Of a stretch of DNA of 64,000 nt, positions 9,901-17,846 are shown piece after piece (the stretch's first letter is position 1; the number at the start of each line of letters is the position of its first letter). A program made the translations under genes and the position numbers. The stretch lies in the NCBI GenBank assembly GCA_000146465.1, contig CP001951.1; one strand, given 5' to 3'. Below the pieces are notes generated by a model. The model was not told where the DNA came from, searched no databases, and was given only the letters and a program-made list of their open reading frames with translations.

Positions 9901-10138
9901 GAAGCTTATCGAGATGCTGTTGAAGTATGACCTTGCATCGGAAAAGGACTTTGAATTCTACTTTAAAGGAAAATCCGAAATGATAAAGAGCGGAAGGGTT
10001 AAGGTTGGCGAAAGGGGTGTGCAGCTGGTTAATTCCAAGGAGAAGAATGACGGAAGTGAGAACAACAGTGGAGAACCTGGAGAGGTAGCGGTGGTTGGGG
10101 AGCCAAATATCAAAACAAACCCTGACTTCAATCTATAA
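6962..10138 (+). CDS. Sec7-domain ARF guanine-nucleotide exchange factor (GBF/BIG-like, reduced)
   Basis: ATG at 6962 preceded by AGCCC. Sec7 domain ...RMFAETFDFLDMDILDGLRIFLLSFHLSPEGQVIHRVVEAYADKYY...FVFNLSFSFLVLNTKFHNPNIK matches FRLPGEAQKIDRIMEAF and IMLNTDLHNP, including the glutamic-finger E. Confidence 0.7.
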   Translation: MDESKQKLEEVQILLNRLAASSNKEIRRILDGLPSCPTSKSILDTFCLLFSLGRYSNKELLCFLDAFQRFIPICRADLSEVGDKIVELKFTPSEKDTDLVILKYFEITNTIAESIQSESSRSVFSRYMFVLSNSVVSRGAQVEVLGRFREFLKKKKGLLKLFAARRMYRNIGCTEDLIINFSELLSDEEMVEVALECTTLRGFIIAKTRSRYLFQMYHNELPWWYVMGMHESLIPYLYYTFDGVGLYKNVSKEVYGRLDEQDIIRAMDEDMKSKISPDECDVLGNVSEHKNMADDEGMVGVKRDIRRFNETGCLKEMLEKYGEQMSFEFLRYFEETDLRRLGEFLCKLKNEPLLRMFAETFDFLDMDILDGLRIFLLSFHLSPEGQVIHRVVEAYADKYYLDNAGICTFMDMAKDKKTKEFVFNLSFSFLVLNTKFHNPNIKVKPTFKDYMKDFTPEEIPPSFGEEYLESMYQSIKKKPLEFPAKNQPGKEHYKVFKKVCKNLQEMESRESKLRIRLLEPELPEGLRICTACRMEAHRKLFSTDFKRFLFLDPKVFYQICSRLRMTHIFEEYLNAHKEDTQKFIESFVYYLGMEGKASLYATLLDVLARTDKQRSSGMLSDLGISFLKSSPGKDRVQQQYRDAYKELLNSEIPNVGLLCEGLCLFLSRDVSGGVSGEEEMASQKRRQRSIGFVKGVVVDILKRNISKVEDLSMLDDENIGVLLRECVETGNRKKFCHISKFVSEERLLFYFRQVLEESPGFLDDEILEVFKRISIYNENGFHCILLLQSNGVDMFDFVVTVKYESIVCRAINAHEGEDGDQSEQSRLEFSGKDTLNCYTVEEKYGESLSVPSNLFHFYVSSNSVLNQSKARSIHKSGCPLKEKLFNREEMDKRLIYMIKKADSMNSKDITNYALWIVNLLSSSLPLLSKFFVRNFGLLLTLKDQTMTNNFIKIFYSRICKVINGSELCCRCGYSYLDDVEKLIEMLLKYDLASEKDFEFYFKGKSEMIKSGRVKVGERGVQLVNSKEKNDGSENNSGEPGEVAVVGEPNIKTNPDFNL

Positions 10139-10160
10139 TGAATTATTATAAGCATATGAA

Positions 10161-10168
10161 AATAAATG
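10161..10168 (+). promoter_or_regulatory. AATAAATG junction: the polyadenylation hexamer of the Sec7 gene shares its last A with the ATG of the next gene
   Basis: The Sec7 stop is at 10136-10138, AATAAA at 10161-10166 and ATG at 10166-10168. Only 27 nt separate the two same-strand genes. Confidence 0.5.
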
Positions 10169-12904
10169 GGCAGTATTTGTACTTGTGGTTCTTCTTTTCC
10201 AACCTGTCTTGGAAAACCATTTTGGAATCAACAAATCGCTTGTTTTCGGGACCCCAGAGATATGGAAATATTTGCCAATGATCCTTTCCTGGAGGAAGGG
10301 ATGTGCAATGCACCCATAGGGACATTTGACAAGCACTACAGACTTTCTAGGAACTTCATTGCAGACCTTGTGCATCTGGGGCCCATTCTTGTATCTGTTG
10401 CTGTTGAAAAGGATTTTTCAAGAGCATTGGTAAGGTCTGTTCTGGGGTTCAAGGAGTACAGGTTTTACAGTAAGCATATTGAAGAGTGTCCATATTTTTT
10501 CACTGTGAGAAATAGCCTTTCCAGGTATTTTGTAGATACCATCGACAATTGGAGACATGTAGAGATTGCTCCAGAGCAGAGGGAGTCTTCTTTGATGGGA
10601 ATTTTGGGGTCGATCTTTTCATTTGGGGCCTGGCCGTTGAGAGATGAGTCTGGGGGAGGAAGGAAAAAGATGTATGATGCAATCTCCTCTGGAATGATGG
10701 GATGCCCAGAAAGGTATTCTGCCAAGGAGATAATGAATAAGATGGCAGAGGTGAGGGTGGAGTATGCCAGGGGCGTAGATAATGAATTCTATACGAAACC
10801 AATTTATGTCGATTTGGTTTGTGAGAGCAGCAAGAGGATTCCGCGGGAGATGCTTGGGAAGAGGTTTATTGATCCTGAGGACACCCTTTCTGTATCCTCG
10901 GATGATTTAGAAGACATAAAGTCCCCCACCCACTCTGGAGAGAAAAGACTACGGCAGGCACTCCTCGGATTTCTTTTCAATGAAGTTGAATACTTTTGCC
11001 AGGTGAACGGGTTCTACCTGGATATTGTCTCCAAAGCACGGAAATCCGAGATAAACTTTGAGGATGTGTTCAAAGGGTTCTACAAGGTTCACAGCTTCGA
11101 GGCTGGATTTATAGAATCAATGAGAGATATAGTGGAAGAAGCAGGGTTTAAGATGGATAGAATCCTTTCTGATCCCCAATACTTTGCAGATACAATGAGG
11201 GATAATGGGGTTGGAGAGATTAAAATGGATGACGAAGAGATTCTGGAGAAGGTCCTGGACTCATTTGAAAGGCATCTCAACGGATTCCGATGCTATGAAG
11301 ATATGATGTTATTCCATGAAGAATATATTGAAACCTTGGAGAAGGTCAGGAGTTACGACTGGGCACCGGACTACAGGGTTGTAAACGATTGCTTCTGCAA
11401 CTGTCTGCAGCGAATTGTGAGGTATCCAATTCTTATTGATGACATTCTTCAGAACCTCACCTTCTCTCTGCATGAGAAGAGAGTAAAGAAGATCTATGCA
11501 AAAATGACCAAGCTCATCAACATAATCGACAAGAAGAAAGAAAGACATGACAATATCCGATGCGAGCAGCTGATCAGGGAAAAGGTTGAGGAGATTCCTG
11601 GGGAGGTGGCTGAAAGAAAAGCGAACTTTCTTTTTCAATTGAATTGCGAGGATTCGAATGGAGATCCTATTGCATTGTTCTTGTTCCGTGAAATGGTTAT
11701 TATTGCAGATAGAGAAGGCCCTTCCTTACCTATCCAGGACCCTAGGTGTGGAAGGTACTTTTTCCGGCATTCCCTGAGGCTAGAGGATATAGAAATAGTT
11801 TCTTTTGGAACAACTGGGATAAAGATAATTGGGAAGGGAAGTCTGAAAGGAAACGAGATGTACGAGATGAAAGAGGTTTATAGTGACGTCTCTATTGGAG
11901 TGATGTACTTTTCAAAAGGATCTCCTCATTCTGTGAAATGGTTCATCGAGGAGTACCACAAAGCGGGAACCGACTCTGGAAATGGATTGTATGCATCGGG
12001 AAATGTGTTTTTCAGAGTTCTCAAGGACTCCGAAGAAGGAGGCCAAGAAAGAAAAAGAGATTTGATAATATATGTAGGAGATGTAGGATTGGATATATCT
12101 TCAGATTCCAATTCCGCACACCTTGATCTTGAAAATGGAGCTTTCACAACAAAGGGACAAAGTATTCAACACTCCATAAACTACGGAAAAGACGAGATAA
12201 AGCAAAAGTTTGGAGAGATTGTAGGAAATGGGGTCAGAGCCAGGAAAGCATGGATGGCCTCAAAAGATACACCTGGGAAATGTCCTGAGCTGTTTGCCAT
12301 GTACAGGATAAAGCTTAGGGAGATTGTAGAGGAATGTGGGGACTCTTCAGTTGTTGAATTCAATGGAAGATTTTCCAAATGCAATTCATCCACCATAACC
12401 CGGAAGATTCGTGTAGCAGAAGGGATCATAAGATATCTATCAAGATCTTTGCCATATGTAGGATGCAGAAGCTCTGGTGGAAAATATCTTTTTTCTAGTG
12501 CAGGGCTAGATAGAAGCAGACTTAAAGAAGAAGAGATGGTGAACTTCCTAGAAAAGGCCCTAAGCACAGAGGAACTAGAAGATTACGCCTTTTCCGAATA
12601 CAATGCAGAAGACATCCTATACCTGCTGATGTATTTCATACGTACAAGCATGTACACGTTCTTTAGAATAGAAGACATAGAAACATTGCACAGAACACTG
12701 TTTGTAGATAAAATTCATTTTCTAGGAGCAGTTGTTCCAAAGATGAGCAATCCTTCATTTGTCTCGTCCCTTTTCGAAACCATAGTCACAGCCCGAGACA
12801 AGCTTTGTATTGTGCCAACGCTGGATATGTTTCTAGTTATGTTTTCCCCATTCCAGGTGTCCGAGCAGGAAATGGCCGAAATTGTGACTAAGATTTGCTG
12901 GTGA
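10166..12904 (+). CDS. Dbl-homology (DH) domain Rho-family GEF
   Basis: The DH region runs from KRLRQALLGFLFNEVEYFCQVNGFYLDIV through to YRVVNDCFCNCLQRIVRYPILIDDILQNL, which matches the L-x-x-P-x-QRI-x-RY-x-LLL helix. A PH-like segment follows. Confidence 0.5.
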   Translation: MGSICTCGSSFPTCLGKPFWNQQIACFRDPRDMEIFANDPFLEEGMCNAPIGTFDKHYRLSRNFIADLVHLGPILVSVAVEKDFSRALVRSVLGFKEYRFYSKHIEECPYFFTVRNSLSRYFVDTIDNWRHVEIAPEQRESSLMGILGSIFSFGAWPLRDESGGGRKKMYDAISSGMMGCPERYSAKEIMNKMAEVRVEYARGVDNEFYTKPIYVDLVCESSKRIPREMLGKRFIDPEDTLSVSSDDLEDIKSPTHSGEKRLRQALLGFLFNEVEYFCQVNGFYLDIVSKARKSEINFEDVFKGFYKVHSFEAGFIESMRDIVEEAGFKMDRILSDPQYFADTMRDNGVGEIKMDDEEILEKVLDSFERHLNGFRCYEDMMLFHEEYIETLEKVRSYDWAPDYRVVNDCFCNCLQRIVRYPILIDDILQNLTFSLHEKRVKKIYAKMTKLINIIDKKKERHDNIRCEQLIREKVEEIPGEVAERKANFLFQLNCEDSNGDPIALFLFREMVIIADREGPSLPIQDPRCGRYFFRHSLRLEDIEIVSFGTTGIKIIGKGSLKGNEMYEMKEVYSDVSIGVMYFSKGSPHSVKWFIEEYHKAGTDSGNGLYASGNVFFRVLKDSEEGGQERKRDLIIYVGDVGLDISSDSNSAHLDLENGAFTTKGQSIQHSINYGKDEIKQKFGEIVGNGVRARKAWMASKDTPGKCPELFAMYRIKLREIVEECGDSSVVEFNGRFSKCNSSTITRKIRVAEGIIRYLSRSLPYVGCRSSGGKYLFSSAGLDRSRLKEEEMVNFLEKALSTEELEDYAFSEYNAEDILYLLMYFIRTSMYTFFRIEDIETLHRTLFVDKIHFLGAVVPKMSNPSFVSSLFETIVTARDKLCIVPTLDMFLVMFSPFQVSEQEMAEIVTKICW

Positions 12905-12914
12905 TGATGTATTA

Positions 12915-12920
12915 AATAAA
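12915..12920 (+). promoter_or_regulatory. AATAAA polyadenylation-type hexamer 11 nt after the RhoGEF stop
   Basis: attAAATAAAcg sits immediately downstream of the TGA at 12902-12904. Confidence 0.4.
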
Positions 12921-12986
12921 CGTTCTGTCTAATGTTTCAGAATTCCAATGGAAGTGTTTACTTGAAGATGATTGTTTTCCATTCCT

Positions 12987-13250
12987 ATGGATACAGAGGA
13001 GGAAAAGGCTTTGAGGGAGTCTTCAAGAAACATGAAGACGACCGTCCAGATAATACAGGAGAAGATGGACCAGCAAGCTTTAATATACGAATCCATTGAG
13101 GCCGAAACAGAAAGAAATGGGAAGATTTTGTTCCTGAACATTCGAAGGTTCGAAGAAGCAATCAGGAGAATGAACAGCGATCCAAGGAACAAAATAATAT
13201 TTATGTTATTTCTGGTGATTGTAGGATGCAGTGGATATCTATTCTTTTAG
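12987..13250 (+). CDS. Small tail-anchored coiled-coil protein, SNARE-like (class not assignable)
   Basis: 87 aa from the first ATG; the ORF track began it at TTG 12972. A heptad-patterned ~55-aa helix (ALRESSRNMKTTVQIIQEKMDQQALIYESIEAETERNGKILFLNIRRFEEAIRRMN) is followed by a single C-terminal TM segment IIFMLFLVIVGCSGYLFF. It is wedged between two convergent large genes. Confidence 0.35.
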   Translation: MDTEEEKALRESSRNMKTTVQIIQEKMDQQALIYESIEAETERNGKILFLNIRRFEEAIRRMNSDPRNKIIFMLFLVIVGCSGYLFF

Positions 13251-13269
13251 TTGCCCATTCCTCGATAAA

Positions 13270-16200
13270 TTATGGTGTTTTACACGCTATGTTTTTCAGC
13301 ATTTCAACATCAAGCAAATTATCGCTTTCTGCATACTTCTCATAGAAGTCTGTCAGTATGTCAATGATGAATTTCTTGTCTGCATCCGATGCTTCCGAAT
13401 ACTCCTTCAGGAAGATCTTATTGATTCTGGACATGTCCCTCCTTAGTTTCCTTCGGCTTCTTTTGTTGGTTTCCTTCAGGTACTTTACTGTGCTTTTGAA
13501 TCCCTCGGGATTCTCCTTCATCGATAGAAGAAGGAAGTATCTGGTCATGTTGAAGTATTCCTGATCTACTGGAGAGATTGGAAAGCAGATGAAGAAGGTA
13601 GAAATCACATCTAGAACTAGATGAAAAGTCGATGCAATTTTCAAAGTTCCCATTCCGCAAGTCACTATCCCAAGACACATCTTGTATCTCTCAATGTCTC
13701 CATACCTCATAGAGAGCTGGGCTTCTTGCTTACATCTACTGGATGTAAAAAAGAGGTCTGTCTGTTCTCCCAGGGACTTCCCTGTTTCTGTTGCTTTGAT
13801 CTGTCTCCTCAAAATCCTGATGGTATCAAGGTTACAAGATGAATTCGATATCAACGAAAGAGACACAAGAGATGCATCAAATAGTATCTTAAACTCATCG
13901 TTTTCCCTCATGGCTCTTTCTGCAAAAAGACACACCTCTAGAATGGACTTGAAAAGACTTCCTTCCAAATCCACCTTGATTCCTTTATACAGAAGGTAAA
14001 GAGACACATATAATAATCTCCCAGATCCCCTGTAAAGCTCATAAAAACTTGCTGCTCGGCTCTTTTTGGCCACCTCCTCGATAATAGAATCCAGTTGTTC
14101 GTTCATTTCTAATCCAAGCAGGAACAACTCCGAATAAAAAACCTCTTCAGGCGTACTTGTGTCCGATCTTTTAAACTTACTTCGGAATCTCGTCTGCTTG
14201 CTTCCGAAAAGAACAATCCCGTTGGTAAGGAGCTCACAGAGAGAATCTTCCAGCTCGATGAACTTGAACATGTCGAGGCTAGTTTTCATATACACCATCG
14301 AAAGCGAAATTGATGACAAAACTCTGTATGTGTAGTCGTACCATATCTTGTTTCCTTTGTTGTATTGCTCATCTCCAAAGACTCCTTTTTTGTTTGCCTC
14401 TGAGCTTAAAACGTTCCTTATAAACACGTTTCCGCTTCCTGCATATAGCATTCCAAGCCCAACAATACACCCAGCATGGATATACAATGGCTGTGGAGAC
14501 TTGAGGCAATGTAGATACATTTTCCCTAACAAGTCATCTCTCTTGCCAAGATGACTCATCCCCATTCCCGCCAGAAGCGCCATGGACACTACAGGATACT
14601 TTGCTGTGATAAACTCCCCAACCTTCTGGGGATGAACTCCTTCCAACCGGCCCTGGAGCCCAAATGCGAATATTCTTCCTGCCACCTCAAACTCGTTTCC
14701 CTCTCCTGTGGATGTAAATTCCAAGATTCTCGACTCTATAAAATCATGTGAAATCTCATCAAAGGAGCTCAGCCCGCAACTCCTAGAAACAGAGTAGTTA
14801 AACATAGGCCAATTCATCCATTCCGGATCTTTAATTTCAATCTCTCCTAATTCCCCATTCTTGTAGATCGGGAATCTTAGTTGTCCTGGACTTTGTTCTT
14901 CCTTTGCTACCCCCAGTCCATAAAACAAATATGCTCCTCCTATGTTCGATATCTTCCGAAGAACATATCCTTTTTCCTTCTTGTTTTCAAGGTCGTACTC
15001 GTCAATCTCAAATATTATTGGCTTCTCATCAAACAAAGAAATCACTTCCTCTATCCGAGAGTCCCCAAAGTGCTTTTTAGCTATTCTGCACAGTTTATTG
15101 ATGGACCTTGTGGGCTTGGTACTTCCTAGTATCCTACTTTTCTTCATTTCCATATAAATCACTCTGTATCCAAGATTCTTCACATCCGAATACTTCAATC
15201 CTGTAATGGCATCTAGATTGCATCTCATGATCCTCCTAAACTTTATATTCATCACATCTTGGCCTACAGAGAGCGAAGGACAGGTATAATTAATCAACTC
15301 CTTGCATCTGGACATCGTCTCCAAACCTTTAATCGGAGCTATCTCCATTCCTAAAAACTCCCATACGCTCTTGCATCGAGCTAGCCATTCGTCCAGAACT
15401 CTATCAATTCCTGCCATAACATCCTCGGTTATCTCCAGAAGGTCAAATCTCTTCTCTTTGCTTTGAAGAAATGCCCCCATAAACACTCTTTGCATCGCCC
15501 TTGGATAGCATGAAAGGATATTCTTCTCCACCTCATTTATCCCTGACCAGAAAGGCTTGTAATAGTTCTGCATCCATTTCTTTGGAATCCTCGACTTTGG
15601 CCACAGATCTTTTCTAATCCTAGAGCACATAATCTCGTTTCCCATAAAGAGCACATCGTTTATCCTTAAAAACTCGAGATATTTGTCTCTTGTAAGCCTC
15701 ATTCGATATTTTATGAGGTGTTTGGCCTCCTTCTCGAACCTTACATTGGTTTCGGATAGAAGCTTACTTCTCTTCACTCTTCCTTTACTTCCCCCAACCC
15801 GGACAAACAATGCTGTATTCCCATAAATCCCAACCATGAAATTTTCGTACTCAGTGATCCTCATCTTTATTCCCCCCTCATTTTTGGTATCTTCTTCATA
15901 GTCCTCAACAAGGCATCTTATTCCTTCCTCTATCTTATAAGCAATCAGCATTCTTGTTCTGTTGGTCTCGTCAAAGTTGTCGTCTCCCATTCCAGAGCAT
16001 GAGGACTCTATCGGATCTTCCAGTCCTATTTCCTTTCTTCCTGTATTCCTAAGGAGATATCTTCCCCTCCCCTCCAGAATCATCTCTCCAGATATGACTT
16101 CCCGGAGAACAAATCCGTGATGAAAGAACACAAATTCCTCGGGTTCAAAGGGATGGGAAATAAACATCACATGGTTGTTTTCCTTGTGATGGTAATAAAC

Positions 16201-16392
16201 ACCTTCTTCCTTCACAATAGCTGCTTTTATTGGCCGTGACAAGGTCATGTCCTCATCTCCAAAGAAGTGAATCCTCGACTGGGTACAAACAACAACCCAT
16301 TTCTTGAAATTCCCCACACTAATAATCTCCTCCCTAAACCTTAGCTTCTTTCCTTTAAACACAAGCTCTGTACTTCTCCATTTAACTACCAT
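13270..16392 (-). CDS. Large PC-repeat protein, APC1-like (anaphase-promoting complex subunit 1); Rpn2-like is not excluded
   Basis: The ORF track began at a TTG (16393-16395); the first ATG is 16390-16392, preceded by TATACCCTTTG. The N-terminus is beta-rich and propeller-like. The central repeats AGCIVGLGMLYAGSGN and ALLAGMGMSHLGKRDD match the proteasome/cyclosome (PC) repeat consensus. Confidence 0.35.
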   Translation of the reverse strand: MVVKWRSTELVFKGKKLRFREEIISVGNFKKWVVVCTQSRIHFFGDEDMTLSRPIKAAIVKEEGVYYHHKENNHVMFISHPFEPEEFVFFHHGFVLREVISGEMILEGRGRYLLRNTGRKEIGLEDPIESSCSGMGDDNFDETNRTRMLIAYKIEEGIRCLVEDYEEDTKNEGGIKMRITEYENFMVGIYGNTALFVRVGGSKGRVKRSKLLSETNVRFEKEAKHLIKYRMRLTRDKYLEFLRINDVLFMGNEIMCSRIRKDLWPKSRIPKKWMQNYYKPFWSGINEVEKNILSCYPRAMQRVFMGAFLQSKEKRFDLLEITEDVMAGIDRVLDEWLARCKSVWEFLGMEIAPIKGLETMSRCKELINYTCPSLSVGQDVMNIKFRRIMRCNLDAITGLKYSDVKNLGYRVIYMEMKKSRILGSTKPTRSINKLCRIAKKHFGDSRIEEVISLFDEKPIIFEIDEYDLENKKEKGYVLRKISNIGGAYLFYGLGVAKEEQSPGQLRFPIYKNGELGEIEIKDPEWMNWPMFNYSVSRSCGLSSFDEISHDFIESRILEFTSTGEGNEFEVAGRIFAFGLQGRLEGVHPQKVGEFITAKYPVVSMALLAGMGMSHLGKRDDLLGKMYLHCLKSPQPLYIHAGCIVGLGMLYAGSGNVFIRNVLSSEANKKGVFGDEQYNKGNKIWYDYTYRVLSSISLSMVYMKTSLDMFKFIELEDSLCELLTNGIVLFGSKQTRFRSKFKRSDTSTPEEVFYSELFLLGLEMNEQLDSIIEEVAKKSRAASFYELYRGSGRLLYVSLYLLYKGIKVDLEGSLFKSILEVCLFAERAMRENDEFKILFDASLVSLSLISNSSCNLDTIRILRRQIKATETGKSLGEQTDLFFTSSRCKQEAQLSMRYGDIERYKMCLGIVTCGMGTLKIASTFHLVLDVISTFFICFPISPVDQEYFNMTRYFLLLSMKENPEGFKSTVKYLKETNKRSRRKLRRDMSRINKIFLKEYSEASDADKKFIIDILTDFYEKYAESDNLLDVEMLKNIACKTP

Positions 16393-16440
16393 CAAAGGGT
16401 ATACTCATCAAAGTTTTATAGGTTCCTTGCCTACTGCTCT

Positions 16441-17013
16441 TCATAGCTCTTCCTCCTCAACAGACATTCCACATCTACATCTACAAACTTCCCCATCATC
16501 TTCAAACACATGCTCATGCTTCTTGGTGTCTCCAACTTCCATCCTGGTTTTTCTCCTAAGATCCTTTATATTCTTTTTCAACTTCCTTTGCTTCCGATCT
16601 TTAGTTCTCTTTTTCCTCTTTTCCTTGATCTCCTCAATCTTCTCGAGCGATCCCCACTTCCAGACTGCAAACTCTTCAACCTCCTCCTTCAGATACAGAT
16701 GCATTCTTGACCATGTTCCCTTGCGAGGATTGGGTCTCTCAAGAAACCGGAGCTCCTTAAGCTCGTCATCTACTAGAAGATAGTCGGAAAGGCAAGAAGT
16801 CTTTGTTACAAACTTAAGAGAGCTGTAACGGCACGATCTGCAGACCGGAATTCCAAATGTCTTTTCAATCTCATCATCGAGAGGAATCTGGAGACAATAC
16901 TTGCATCTCTTGCCAGGAAGCACTGGAAGAAGTATGGACTCATCTTCCTTTAGCTCCTTTTTCTTGTCTTCCTTTTCTGGGAAAAATCCTCCGTCCCGCG
17001 AAGTATTCTCCAT
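16441..17013 (-). CDS. RAD14: DNA repair protein XPA / Rad14
   Basis: The first ATG is 17011-17013 (rc), preceded by GGGTAGG; the track started at a TTG (17020-17022). C4 zinc finger CKYCLQ...x17...CRSCRY. The block LERPNPRKGTWSRMHLYLKEEVEEFAVWKWGSLEKIEEIKEKR matches the conserved XPA minimal DNA-binding domain. Confidence 0.7.
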   Translation of the reverse strand: MENTSRDGGFFPEKEDKKKELKEDESILLPVLPGKRCKYCLQIPLDDEIEKTFGIPVCRSCRYSSLKFVTKTSCLSDYLLVDDELKELRFLERPNPRKGTWSRMHLYLKEEVEEFAVWKWGSLEKIEEIKEKRKKRTKDRKQRKLKKNIKDLRRKTRMEVGDTKKHEHVFEDDGEVCRCRCGMSVEEEEL

Positions 17014-17061
17014 CCTACCCAACGGAGGGCATCTGCTTTACGTTTATGCTTCCTTTAAGAC

Positions 17062-17805
17062 ATGATAGAACAGATCTTGCTTGAGAGAGAAAGGATAATT
17101 GGTTCTCCAGTAGCCCCTTGTATGCTTCTCGATTTGTTTGGACTGTTCGGAGGAAAGCCTTCATGGTCTCTAAGTCCAAAAAAGTTTGAAGGGTGCAACC
17201 AGAACAACTTCGGAGGAAAAGTGATAGTCCCGCAATCCGTTCTGGTTGATCTTGTATCGTTCCAGATCCAACCTCCATTTACATTTGAAATTTCACACTC
17301 CGACGGGGTTTTCAAGACCCATTGTGGAGTCTTGGAGTTTACTGGCGAGGAAGGCCAGGTAGTTGTTCCTTCATGGATGTACCAGCAACTTTCTATGGGA
17401 GATGTAGACAAGGTCGAGCTCAAATATATGACTTTTCCACTTGGGAGGTTTGTAAAGCTGATTCCTCACTCTGTAGACTTCCTTGAGGTCGAAAACCCAA
17501 AGCAAGAGCTGGAGCTGTGTCTGAGAAACTACCAGGTCCTTTCCGAGGGAGATGAGATCTTGTTCCAGTTTGATGAAGTTGGATCGATGAGATTCACAGT
17601 TGCACATATAGAGCCATCAAGCAGTGCAGTATACATTGTAGACACAGATCTGGCTGTTGACTTCCTGGAACCAATTGGATTTAAGGACAAGGTGGAGAGA
17701 GAAAGGACTGTTACAAAGTACATCGAAGTAGTAAATTCAAACTATGACATAAAGCCAATCCGGATGAAGAAGCTTGGGCTGTATATGTATAAGTCAGCAG
17801 ATTAA
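17062..17805 (+). CDS. UFD1: Ubiquitin fusion degradation protein 1 (Cdc48 cofactor)
   Basis: FGGKVIVPQSVL...THCGVLEFTGEEGQVVVPSWMYQQL...YMTFPLGRFVKLIPHSVDFLEVENPKQELELCLRNYQVLSEGDEILFQF aligns along the whole UFD1 N-domain (GGKIIMPPSAL...THCGVLEFVADEG...DFLDITNPKAVLENALRNF). Confidence 0.8.
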   Translation: MIEQILLERERIIGSPVAPCMLLDLFGLFGGKPSWSLSPKKFEGCNQNNFGGKVIVPQSVLVDLVSFQIQPPFTFEISHSDGVFKTHCGVLEFTGEEGQVVVPSWMYQQLSMGDVDKVELKYMTFPLGRFVKLIPHSVDFLEVENPKQELELCLRNYQVLSEGDEILFQFDEVGSMRFTVAHIEPSSSAVYIVDTDLAVDFLEPIGFKDKVERERTVTKYIEVVNSNYDIKPIRMKKLGLYMYKSAD

Positions 17806-17846
17806 ATCCAACAACTGATACTGTTTATTGGGAAATGGAATTTTGA

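Noticed and set aside
13270-16395. ORF-track start codons that are not ATG (TTG at 16393-95, 17020-22, 27850-52, 40770-72, 60737-39, 54667-69, 12972-74; GTG at 34332-34)
   Set aside because: Checking the nucleotides shows these 'M' residues are TTG/GTG, i.e. artefacts of the ORF finder extending to the longest frame. In each case an ATG lies 1-39 codons downstream, usually with a CCC/GGG leader. Starts were re-called to 16392, 17013, 27819, 40742, 60622, 54703, 12987 and 34331.
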